Assembly (NCBI GenBank): GCA_013154295.1
Contig: JAADCS010000008.1
Span: forward strand, 1 to 57,425
Source of the DNA: Thermotogota bacterium
Lineage (GTDB): Bacteria > Hydrothermota > Hydrothermia > LBFQ01
Direction: 5' to 3'
DNA: 57,425 nucleotides
A program made the translations under genes and the position numbers. Shown here piece by piece: positions 20,183 through 28,514 of this stretch (within the stretch, counting starts at the first letter, position 1; each line of letters starts with the position of its first letter). Below the pieces are notes generated by a model that saw only the letters and a program-made list of their open reading frames with translations, had not been told where the DNA came from and searched no databases.

Positions 20183-20707
20183 CTAACCCTCCTTTTCTTT
20201 CTTTTCCTTTATAGCGTTAATCGCATATACGAGGTTACGCATAACACCACTCAGAACCCCCACGATACCGTAAAGGGGACCAGCCACGGCTCCCACGACC
20301 TGGGCACGTAGTTCTTGAGTCGAGGGAAGTTTGGCCAACCTCTCTATCTCCTCCTTATCCAAAAACTGTCCATGCATTATACCGGCCTTCAGCTCTCCCT
20401 TTTCCACCTCTTTGGAGAAGTCGGCGAATATCTTGACCGGCTCCACCTCATCGGAAAATGATATGATTATGGCCGTAGGACCGACTAAGACGTCCGTTAT
20501 CTCCGGTATCTTATCGGCGAAGACCAACTTCATGAGATTGTTCTTTACGACCTTAACGTTGTAGCCCTTCTCCTTGAGCTGTTTTCGTAGATCGTTCATC
20601 TCCGCCACGGTTAGCCCCTTGAAATCGAAGAGAGCTATCATAGTGGCCTCCTCTCCCCACTGGCGGAGTTGTTCGAGCATCTTAGTTTTCCACTCTCTCG
20701 TCTTCAT
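20183..20707 (-). CDS. rplJ: 50S ribosomal protein L10
   Basis: GLTVAEMNDLR, VVKNNL and LAKLPS; synteny. Confidence 0.96.
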   Translation of the reverse strand: MKTREWKTKMLEQLRQWGEEATMIALFDFKGLTVAEMNDLRKQLKEKGYNVKVVKNNLMKLVFADKIPEITDVLVGPTAIIISFSDEVEPVKIFADFSKEVEKGELKAGIMHGQFLDKEEIERLAKLPSTQELRAQVVGAVAGPLYGIVGVLSGVMRNLVYAINAIKEKKEKEG

Positions 20708-21429
20708 ATCTTAACCCCCCTCTTACGTAATTCGTTTATAACGTCGTTGAGATCCACCTTCACCGAGGGTCCCATGGTGGTCGTCAGGTATACGGACTTG
20801 AAAAGACTCCCCTTAACTCCCTGGGGTTTGTTGCGAGCTATCTCCTCCAAAACCGTCATGGCATTCTCGTAGAGCTGTTCAGGGGTAAAGTCGGTCTTAC
20901 CGATGATAACGTGGATGTTACCCGTCTTATCGTTGCGAATTTCAACGCGACCCTTTTTAAGTTCCCTGACCACATCGCCGACGTTCTGGGTGACGGTACC
21001 GGTTTTGGGACTGGGCATCAGGCCTCTTGGCCCCAAAATGCGACCCAGCTTACCCACCTCTCTCATAGCTTCTGGTGTGGCCACCACCGCATCGAAATCC
21101 AACCATCCCTGTTTGATCTTCTCAATGTACTCCTTGAAACCTACGTAGTCAGCTCCAGCTTCCTTGGCCTCCTTCTCCTTTTCGGGGTTACTGGTTAGAA
21201 CTAACACCCGGACCTTCCTACCGGTGCCATGGGGAAGTACGACAGGTATACGGATGTTCTGTTCAGGTTTGCGAGGATCTATGTTCAGCCGAGCGTGAAG
21301 TTCAACCGATTCTGTGAAACGGGCACTTTGGAACTTACGTACCATCTCGACGGCCTCTTTGAGAGGATACGTTTTGCTTAGATCAAACATTTCTAAGAGT
21401 TTGCGGTATCTCTTTCCAACTTTGGCCAT
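20704..21429 (-). CDS. rplA: 50S ribosomal protein L1
   Basis: [17 protein letters not shown] and TTMGPS. Confidence 0.98.
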   Translation of the reverse strand: MAKVGKRYRKLLEMFDLSKTYPLKEAVEMVRKFQSARFTESVELHARLNIDPRKPEQNIRIPVVLPHGTGRKVRVLVLTSNPEKEKEAKEAGADYVGFKEYIEKIKQGWLDFDAVVATPEAMREVGKLGRILGPRGLMPSPKTGTVTQNVGDVVRELKKGRVEIRNDKTGNIHVIIGKTDFTPEQLYENAMTVLEEIARNKPQGVKGSLFKSVYLTTTMGPSVKVDLNDVINELRKRGVKI

Positions 21430-21430
21430 C

Positions 21431-21871
21431 TCAACCCTCCACGATCTTTATACCCATGCTACGGGCGGTTCCTTCTATCATGCGGACGGCAGCTTCAAGA
21501 TCGGTGGTATTCAGATCGGGCATCTTCTGCTTGGCTATTTCCACGACCTGAGAGCGCTTTACGGTGCCTACCACCTGTTTTCCAGGTTCACTGGCGCCTT
21601 TCTCAACGCCTGCGGCCTTCTTGAGAAGTACGGAGGCCGGTGGCGTTTTGAACTCAAGGTCAAACGTCCTATCTTTGTATATGGTTATGACGACGGGAAT
21701 GATAAGACCCATCTTGTCCCGTGTGGCATCGTTAAACTGCTTTACAAATTGCATCAAGTTGATGCCATAGGGACTGAGTGTGGGTCCCACCGGAGGCGCA
21801 GGAGAAGCCTGACCGGCGGGGAGCTGGAGTTTTACCGTCGCCACGACCTCCTTCTTCCTTTTTCTGGCCAT
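21431..21871 (-). CDS. rplK: 50S ribosomal protein L11
   Basis: PAPPVGP, KTPPAS and GTARSMG. Confidence 0.98.
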   Translation of the reverse strand: MARKRKKEVVATVKLQLPAGQASPAPPVGPTLSPYGINLMQFVKQFNDATRDKMGLIIPVVITIYKDRTFDLEFKTPPASVLLKKAAGVEKGASEPGKQVVGTVKRSQVVEIAKQKMPDLNTTDLEAAVRMIEGTARSMGIKIVEG

Positions 21872-21883
21872 CTTTCAACCTCC

Positions 21884-22810
21884 TTAGCTTATCCTTTCAA
21901 CCATGGGGAACCTAAAGTCCAGTTCCAAGTACTTCCCAAACTCCTTAACTTTAACCTTCACCAATCCCTTCTCCTCGTTTATATCAACCACCTCCCCCTT
22001 TCTGCCTCTGAACGCACCTTCTACTATCTTGACCTTATCGCCTACCTCAAACGGCGTCTTGCGCTTACTCTCCTCCTCTTGCTGGCGAATTAGTTCCTCT
22101 ATGCGACGTATCTCCTCTTCACTCATCTTCATGTATGCGGGTTCTCCGGTTTCGGGATCCCTCGCTCTGATAGGTCGGGTGCGGGAGATCATCTGAGTGA
22201 TCCTATCTATGACCTTTTGGTCTTCCTCCATCTTTATGAAGATGTAACCCCGATATATCGGTTTTTCTATTACTCGCGTTTCCTCTATGGTTTCGTATTG
22301 ACCTGGTCCAGGTTTTAGGACGCTCCTCTTAATAGAGTATGATATACCCCATTCCTTTAGTTTCTTCTCCAAATCCGGTAGCACCCTTTCGTTTATACCC
22401 ATAATGGTAGGTTTTAAACCTAAGGCCTTTAGCAGTTTGAAGAGATCCTCAAGGCGGTAACGATCCACCTTAACAAAGCGATACACGCCACGCTTTATCT
22501 CCTCCACAGGATAGGGAAGATCGGCTATAGAACTGAGTTTTCCTCTAAAACCTATGGGGTAAGACTGAACACTTTTAGTAAACTCGACCGGAATACCGTT
22601 CTTCCAATCTTCAACGATTATATCAACGAGGCGAGGTTTTCTTTTGCGTTTGATAAAACGGGTGGTACGTATGGTGGGGACGAATACGCTTTCAACTTTA
22701 TCCTCAAGCTTCAAATCTTTGATTAACTTCTCAATTCTCCTCTTGGTACGGAGTTCTTGACCCGATACGGTCCAAAATACTAGCCAGTTCTTTTCCTTCA
22801 CATCCTTCAT
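21884..22810 (-). CDS. nusG: Transcription termination/antitermination factor NusG with a large internal insertion
   Basis: NGN domain (W...SGQE...VFVP...IYRGYIFI), KOW domain (GDKVKIVEGAFRG) and secE-nusG-rplK synteny. Confidence 0.9.
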   Translation of the reverse strand: MKDVKEKNWLVFWTVSGQELRTKRRIEKLIKDLKLEDKVESVFVPTIRTTRFIKRKRKPRLVDIIVEDWKNGIPVEFTKSVQSYPIGFRGKLSSIADLPYPVEEIKRGVYRFVKVDRYRLEDLFKLLKALGLKPTIMGINERVLPDLEKKLKEWGISYSIKRSVLKPGPGQYETIEETRVIEKPIYRGYIFIKMEEDQKVIDRITQMISRTRPIRARDPETGEPAYMKMSEEEIRRIEELIRQQEEESKRKTPFEVGDKVKIVEGAFRGRKGEVVDINEEKGLVKVKVKEFGKYLELDFRFPMVERIS

Positions 22811-22817
22811 AATACCT

Positions 22818-23054
22818 TTACCCTCCTAAAATCATCAGTACAACCCGCGAAATGAGGAAGTCGGAGATCCATATAAAAAGGGTGGTGAAGGCGGATATAG
22901 CTAAGACGCCAGCGGTCCCCACTACCAGGCTGTTCCAATCGGGCCATGTTAGGCGGCCCAACTCCTCCTTCATTTCCTCCATAAACTCTGGTAAGTTAAA
23001 GATCACCTCCCCTAACTTCCTAAGGGTTTCCTTTAGGGATTGCATTACGTTCAT
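22818..23054 (-). CDS. secE: Preprotein translocase subunit SecE
   Basis: ELxRLTWP motif followed by one TM helix; synteny. Confidence 0.9.
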   Translation of the reverse strand: MNVMQSLKETLRKLGEVIFNLPEFMEEMKEELGRLTWPDWNSLVVGTAGVLAISAFTTLFIWISDFLISRVVLMILGG

Positions 23055-23218
23055 ATGCGAGCCTCCTTGTGGAGCGTATGTTTACGGCACCACTTACAGT
23101 ATTTTCGTAGCTCCATCTTCTTCCTGTTGGAGCGCTGTTTACTTATGGCGTAATTAAATCTACCACACACACTACACTTCAAGCCTACAGTGTGTCTTCC
23201 TTGGGTCTTTTTGGCCAT
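23051..23218 (-). CDS. rpmG: 50S ribosomal protein L33, zinc-binding C+ form (true start ATG 23218)
   Basis: LKCSVC...NY...KYCKWCRKHTLHKE; the longer ORF in the track runs into the tRNA. Confidence 0.95.
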   Translation of the reverse strand: MAKKTQGRHTVGLKCSVCGRFNYAISKQRSNRKKMELRKYCKWCRKHTLHKEARI

Positions 23219-23221
23219 AAA

Positions 23222-23295
23222 CAGGGCCGGAGGGACTCGAACCCCCAACCTGCGGATTTGGAATCCGCCGCTCTACCAAATTGAGCTACGGCCCT
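23222..23295 (-). tRNA. tRNA-Trp(CCA)
   Basis: AGGGCCG TAGCTCAATTTGGTAGAGC GCGGA-TT-CCA-AA-TCCGC ... GGTTCGAGTCC CGGCCCT-G; no encoded CCA; TATAAT at 23329-23334. Confidence 0.95.
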
Positions 23296-23418
23296 ACAAA
23301 AAAACTTCCACCCTCCCTTGCGGAAGGTATTATACGGTCGTTTTACATCGTGTGTGAAACCAAAGATAAAGAAGAATACCGACCCAAAAGATAAGGTAAG
23401 CTGCTATTAGATAGACCA

Positions 23419-23766
23419 TCAGCGCAAAATCAAATGTGGTACCTCATCGGCGTTTGGAGAAAAGAGATGGAGGCTATCTACCAACTTACCACCCTCTTGG
23501 GAGTAAACGTAACCGACTAAAGCGTGGGAGCCGGGGTTACACCGTTGCAAACGATCCAAAGCCATAAGAACCCCAACGACACCGTATTCCTCTACGGCTT
23601 TACGACCGTATCGGGAGCAGCTTATGGGATGGGCGAAGTTGCATACATCAGGTTGTATATCGGATAGAAAAAATTGGTATATCCTTATAAAGGACCATGC
23701 CAACAGTTTCGGGGGATTGGAAACGACCTGCGGCGGTATAGCCGCCAAAACGAACGCCAACATCAA
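23419..23766 (-). CDS. yidD: Membrane protein insertion efficiency factor YidD
   Basis: IRIYQ...C.F...SCSxY...A+..YG...RLQRCNP. Confidence 0.8.
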   Translation of the reverse strand: MMLAFVLAAIPPQVVSNPPKLLAWSFIRIYQFFLSDIQPDVCNFAHPISCSRYGRKAVEEYGVVGVLMALDRLQRCNPGSHALVGYVYSQEGGKLVDSLHLFSPNADEVPHLILR

Positions 23767-23820
23767 CAGGCTATTCTACAGCCGGAATGAAGTTCTTTAT
23801 CCGGCATATAATACTTCGTC

Positions 23821-24669
23821 ATGGGAGGTTTAGATCTGCTTTTCCTTCTTATCTTTTTGATGTCGCTTCAACCCGTTATACAGAGAAAGATGCTTCAGAA
23901 TGCCCGTTTAAACAAAATACGGGAGATAGAGCGGAAACGAGGAAGCCGTGTCATAACCCTTATACACAGGCAGGAAACGGTAGGATTCTTCGGTCTTCCG
24001 ATCTCACGGTTTATAGATATTGAAGATTCGGAGGCCATACTTAGGGCCATACACATGACAGACGATAACGTACCCATAGATCTGATAATTCACACTCCGG
24101 GAGGACTGGTTTTAGCGGCAGGGCAGATAGCGAGAGCTTTGAAACGGCATAAGGCTAAAACCACGGTTATAGTGCCTCATTATGCCATGAGCGGAGGAAC
24201 GCTGATAGCTCTGGCTGCCGACGAGATACTGATGAACCCTGATGCGGTTTTGGGTCCCGTGGACCCTCAGCTCGGTTTTGCCAACTCGGTGGTACCGGCA
24301 GCTTCCGTTCTAAAGGTCGTTGAGAGTAAACCTCCGGATAAGGTGGAGGACCGAACCCTCATACTCGCGGACGTGTCGCGTAAAGCTATAAAACAGATGG
24401 AAAGCTTCGTGTTATCTCTCCTTAAAGATAAGATGGAAGAGGAGAGAGCCAGAAAGGTGGCTAAGGATCTAACTTCTGGGAAATGGACTCACGATTATCC
24501 ATTGACAGTAGAGGATCTCACATCTATGGGTATAAAGGTTAGCCTGGACGTTCCCAAGGAGGTCTATGAACTCATGGAACTTTATAGAGCAGAGCAAGGT
24601 GCCTTGAGACGTCCTTCGGTGGAGTTCGTACCCACCTACCACGGTTTGCAGAAGGGAGAGAGTGGATAA
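23821..24669 (+). CDS. SDH/ClpP-class membrane-anchored serine proteinase
   Basis: IHTPGG, VPHYAMSGGTLIALAADEI, LGPVDPQ and WTHDYP. Confidence 0.9.
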   Translation: MGGLDLLFLLIFLMSLQPVIQRKMLQNARLNKIREIERKRGSRVITLIHRQETVGFFGLPISRFIDIEDSEAILRAIHMTDDNVPIDLIIHTPGGLVLAAGQIARALKRHKAKTTVIVPHYAMSGGTLIALAADEILMNPDAVLGPVDPQLGFANSVVPAASVLKVVESKPPDKVEDRTLILADVSRKAIKQMESFVLSLLKDKMEEERARKVAKDLTSGKWTHDYPLTVEDLTSMGIKVSLDVPKEVYELMELYRAEQGALRRPSVEFVPTYHGLQKGESG

Positions 24670-24864
24670 AAGGTTTGCACGATCCTCCGGTGGAAGTTTA
24701 GCAACTATTTACTTCACAGGGGTAAGTGGGAATGCCTTCGCTATAGAAACCGCGCCGGGGAACTGCGACCTCGCTGAAGACAGGGTGAATAAATTGAGGT
24801 GTGGCCATATAATATCTTTACCTCACAAAGGTTCCCTTAGAACGCATTCGCTGCCGTAGAAACC

Positions 24865-24894
24865 CTTTGACTTGGAGCGAGCGTTTGACCAGCA
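24865..24894 (+). repeat. Degenerate copy of the 36-nt repeat, opposite in orientation to 25024-25059
   Basis: CTTTGACTTGGAGCGAGCGTTTGACCAGCA versus GTTTCACTTGGAGGCTGTTTGGCCGCA. Confidence 0.45.
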
Positions 24895-24964
24895 TTGTTG
24901 GCCAAGGCGAATCATTTATGATTCAAAGAATCGGAGGGTTTCGAAAGTGTTCTAATCACCGTTC

Positions 24965-25147
24965 CTTTCACTTCCTACGATTGCAAGCCTTCATTGGAGA
25001 CTGGTAGTACGAACATCGCTTCGGTTTCACTCTGCGGCCAAACAGCCTCCAAGTGAAACCATCCCATGATCTGTTAATATGAATTTAATAGGCCTTTTCC
25101 CACCTTCTTGAACAAAACCCGTACCCAGCGAATGGCGATTTATGGAG
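24965..25147 (-). repeat. CRISPR-like mini-unit A: leader (25060-25147), 36-nt repeat (25024-25059), 22-nt spacer, degenerate repeat (24965-25001)
   Basis: The repeat matches 54648-54683 at 35/36 nt; leader motifs are shared with unit B. Confidence 0.7.
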
Positions 25148-25157
25148 TATCATTATC

Positions 25158-25901
25158 TCACTTTATCAGCACTTGAAATAGCGTCATGGCTATCACGGAA
25201 AGCGTCACGGCGGTAGCTACCATTTGGGAGGAAGTATCCTTGAGGGCATCCGATAGAAGCTCCGAAAAGGCTATCCAGAGCATAGCGCCGGCCGCGAACC
25301 CCAAACCCACGGGCAAAAAGGGTTTAAATATCTCAACGAAAACGTAAGCTGGAACTGCCATCAAAGGCTGGGGTAGCGATGTAAAGATGGCCCAAAGACC
25401 TGCCCATATCCAGGAAACTCCACGTGGCACCATCACCAGTGCAACAGCCAAACCTTCGGGGATGTTATGGACGGCTATGGCGAGACTTATAAAGGTACCG
25501 AACTTCTCTCCACCACCGAAGGAGACCCCAACCCCTATCCCCTCTGCAAAGGAGTGGGCTACCATCACACCTATGATTATCAGGACCTTACGGGCATCGG
25601 CACCGCTAAGTATCCCAAGGTGTATATCCTCGTGACCATGGAGAAGTTCATGACTGAGAATGATGAATCCTAAACCTGCCAAAACCCCCACCAACGTTCG
25701 CACCAAGCTGTAGCTCACCCCTTCGTTTATCAGACTGAAACTGGCTGTTATCATCAGGCCAGCGGCTATAGCGTTGGCTAGCCCCAAATATCGTCTTTTA
25801 AAACGCTTTACCACGGCAAAAGGCAAAGCTCCAAGACCTGTAGCCAGAGCGGTTATAAACGCATAGATAAAAACTTTCAAAACATCCACGGAACCCGACA
25901 C
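25158..25901 (-). CDS. ZIP family divalent metal transporter (ZupT/GufA-like)
   Basis: ATGLGALP, HSFAEGIGVGVSF and AIAVHNIPEGLAV. Confidence 0.92.
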   Translation of the reverse strand: MSGSVDVLKVFIYAFITALATGLGALPFAVVKRFKRRYLGLANAIAAGLMITASFSLINEGVSYSLVRTLVGVLAGLGFIILSHELLHGHEDIHLGILSGADARKVLIIIGVMVAHSFAEGIGVGVSFGGGEKFGTFISLAIAVHNIPEGLAVALVMVPRGVSWIWAGLWAIFTSLPQPLMAVPAYVFVEIFKPFLPVGLGFAAGAMLWIAFSELLSDALKDTSSQMVATAVTLSVIAMTLFQVLIK

Positions 25902-25910
25902 GCAAGTATT

Positions 25911-26987
25911 CTATGGCCTGACCGTTACTCCCCAACGACTCTCTATTTCCTCCAAGAGAGCGCTTAACAGCTCCTCCTCCTTGACTCTCCTAACTGGCTT
26001 TCCCCTCACAAATATAAGTCCCGAACCTTTGCCGGCGGCTATGCCTATGTCGGCCTCACGCGCCTCGCCAGGACCATTCACCTCGCAGCCCATCACGGCC
26101 ACCTTGAGCGGTAGTTTAAGCCCTTCGAGAGCCTTCTCAACCTTTTCGGCCAAACCTATAAGATCTATCTTGGTGCGGCCACAGGTGGGACAGGCTATCA
26201 GCATGATACCGCGACTGCGTATCTGCAAAGATTTCAGAATCTCCCAAGCTACCCTAACCTCCTCAACCGGATCTGCTGTCAGGGAAACTCGAAACGTGTC
26301 CCCTATACCTTCAGCCAAAAGAGTGCCTATACCCACGGAAGATTTTATAATACCCGTTTTTGGGGTACCAGCCTCCGTTACACCAAGGTGCAGTGGATAG
26401 TCTATCACTTGGGCGAGCTTGCGATAGGCCTCTATCATCTGGGGGACATAAGCGGACTTAGCTGAAACTACTATATCTTCAAATCCTTCGTCCTCAAAGA
26501 AACGTATCCAACGAACCGCACTTTCCACTATACCGTCCGTCGTGACACCACCATATTTGTCTATCAAATCCATCTCCAACGAACCAGCATTGACACCTAT
26601 ACGTATAGGAATACGGTTCGCCTTAGCTGCAGCTATTACCTCCCTGACCTTATCTTTACCACCTATGTTTCCGGGATTTATCCTTATTTTATCGGCTCCG
26701 GCATCGGCAGCCATCACGGCGATTCTGTGGTCAAAGTGGACGTCCGCTACGATAGGCACACGCCCCTTAAAGTTTTCAACGATTTTACGAAAAGCAGGGA
26801 TAGTTTTACGGGATGGAACAGCCACCCTGACTATCTCGCAACCTGCCTCAACCAACCTTTCAATCTGTTCTATGGTCCCCTCCACGTCGTTGGTATCCGT
26901 ACTGGTCATAGATTGAACGGCTATGGGATTATCTCCTCCGATGGCCACGTTACCTATTCTTACGACCCGTGTCTTCCGTCGCTCCAT
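25911..26987 (-). CDS. ispG: HMBPP synthase IspG (start moved to ATG 26987)
   Basis: VQSMT, ADVHF, RINPGNIG, HLGVTEAG, CPTCGR and MGCEVNGPGE. Confidence 0.97.
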   Translation of the reverse strand: MERRKTRVVRIGNVAIGGDNPIAVQSMTSTDTNDVEGTIEQIERLVEAGCEIVRVAVPSRKTIPAFRKIVENFKGRVPIVADVHFDHRIAVMAADAGADKIRINPGNIGGKDKVREVIAAAKANRIPIRIGVNAGSLEMDLIDKYGGVTTDGIVESAVRWIRFFEDEGFEDIVVSAKSAYVPQMIEAYRKLAQVIDYPLHLGVTEAGTPKTGIIKSSVGIGTLLAEGIGDTFRVSLTADPVEEVRVAWEILKSLQIRSRGIMLIACPTCGRTKIDLIGLAEKVEKALEGLKLPLKVAVMGCEVNGPGEAREADIGIAAGKGSGLIFVRGKPVRRVKEEELLSALLEEIESRWGVTVRP

Positions 26988-27000
26988 AACGATACCGATT

Positions 27001-28443
27001 CTAAGGCTGTAAGCCTTTAACGCGCTCATCTAGCGTTTTTAACCTACCTACCACCTTATCCTTACCCAGTACTTCCAAGAGTAGAAAGAGGCTCGGGCCC
27101 ACACCCACACCTGAAACTGCCACCCTGGTGGCGTGTATCAGAAGAGCGTGTTTTACCCCTAACTCATCGGCGTATCCTCGTAGCACTCTTTCGATCTCTT
27201 CTTCTTTCCAGCTCTCCAACCGTTCAAACCTGGTAGCTAACTCCCGCAAGTAGGTAAAGATGTTGGGATCCTTTAAGCGTTTTTTGACGGCTTTGCCATC
27301 CAAAGGATAGTTCTCCGAAAAAACGAAAACGCCGTACTCAAAGAAATCTCTAAGGGTTTTGGCCCTCTCTTTAAAAAGTTTCACGAGTTTTTCAAGATCT
27401 TCTCTCGAAACCGCATAACCGTGTCCCAGATCCGATAGATAATCGTTATACTCCCTTAAACGTTCCAGGAGTTCCCTATCACTTAAGGATCGGATGTATT
27501 CGGAATTCATCCAGTAAAGTTTGTTATGATCGAAGACCGACGCCGATTTGTTAACATCCTTTAGGTCGAACAGTTTTATGGCCTCTTCTTTGGAGATTAT
27601 CTCCCTGTTGTCACCGGGTGACCATCCCAGAAGAAGAAGATAGTTGAATAGAGCCTCCGGAAGGATCCCCTGAATCCTAAATTCCTCTAAGGACGTGGAA
27701 CCATGACGTTTGGAGAGTTTCTGTCTATCGGGACCCAATATCATAGGGAGGTGGGCAAACTGGGGTAGATCCCAACCCATGGCCTTGTATATAAGAATCT
27801 GCTTGGGGGTGTTGGGAATGTGATCATCTCCTCTAACGACGTGGGTTACGCCCATATCATGGTCATCCACCACAACCGCAAAGTTATACGTAGGGAAACC
27901 GTCGGATCTTACGATTATGAAATCCCCTCCCAAATCGTTGGTGTTGTAGGTTATGTCCCCGTGGACGATGTCATGGAAGGTTATCTCGGTATTATCGGGG
28001 ACGTAAAACCTCACCGAAAACCTGCGACCCTCCTCCTCATACCTCCAGCGTTCTTCGTCGCTAAGGTGGAGACACTTGCGTGAGTAGCGATAGGGAACAC
28101 CTTTACGGCGAGCCTCCTCTCTCTCCGCCTCCAACTCCTCCGGTGTGCAGTAGCACCTATAGGCTTTACCGCGATCTATGAGCTCATCGGCCACTTCACG
28201 GTACCTTTCCAGCCTCTCGCTCTGAAAGACCACATCCTCATCCCACTCGAGACCGAGCCATTTTAAACCATTTAAGATGGCATCGACCCACTCCGGCTTA
28301 TACCTCTGGCGGTCCGTATCCTCTATCCTTAAGAGAAACTTACCCCCTGTATGCCTGGAGTAGAGATAGTTAAAAATAGCCGTGCGTGCTCCACCCACAT
28401 GCAAGTAACCGGTGGGTGAGGGTGCGAATCTGGTCCTAACCAT
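27001..28443 (-). CDS. gltX: Glutamate-tRNA ligase
   Basis: RFAPSPTGYLHVGG, LRIEDTD and KLSKRHG. Confidence 0.97.
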   Translation of the reverse strand: MVRTRFAPSPTGYLHVGGARTAIFNYLYSRHTGGKFLLRIEDTDRQRYKPEWVDAILNGLKWLGLEWDEDVVFQSERLERYREVADELIDRGKAYRCYCTPEELEAEREEARRKGVPYRYSRKCLHLSDEERWRYEEEGRRFSVRFYVPDNTEITFHDIVHGDITYNTNDLGGDFIIVRSDGFPTYNFAVVVDDHDMGVTHVVRGDDHIPNTPKQILIYKAMGWDLPQFAHLPMILGPDRQKLSKRHGSTSLEEFRIQGILPEALFNYLLLLGWSPGDNREIISKEEAIKLFDLKDVNKSASVFDHNKLYWMNSEYIRSLSDRELLERLREYNDYLSDLGHGYAVSREDLEKLVKLFKERAKTLRDFFEYGVFVFSENYPLDGKAVKKRLKDPNIFTYLRELATRFERLESWKEEEIERVLRGYADELGVKHALLIHATRVAVSGVGVGPSLFLLLEVLGKDKVVGRLKTLDERVKGLQP

Positions 28444-28514
28444 GGTGGCAATTGTACCGCCGATTCATCAACGAATACCGAGGATGACGTCTTCGGTTGT
28501 ATAATACCGGCCTG

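Noticed and set aside
21314-22093. Long antisense ORFs (259 aa here; also 4063-4749, 38364-38966 and 40923-41486)
   Set aside because: They are shadows of well-supported genes on the opposite strand and have no motifs of their own.
23219-23248. N-terminal extension of rpmG, and similar extensions of rpoC, ispG, lysS, nfeD and the nucleotidase in the ORF track
   Set aside because: The extensions overlap a tRNA, neighbouring genes or promoter boxes; the downstream starts fit the -10 or SD pattern and family lengths.
24662-24859. 65-aa ORF in the gap after the ClpP-class protease
   Set aside because: No recognisable motif, atypical composition, and it overlaps the leader-like non-coding element.
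25024-25059. Calling the repeat loci bona fide CRISPR arrays
   Set aside because: There is only one intact repeat per locus, the spacers are unusually short, and no cas genes are present; they are reported as CRISPR-like repeats instead.
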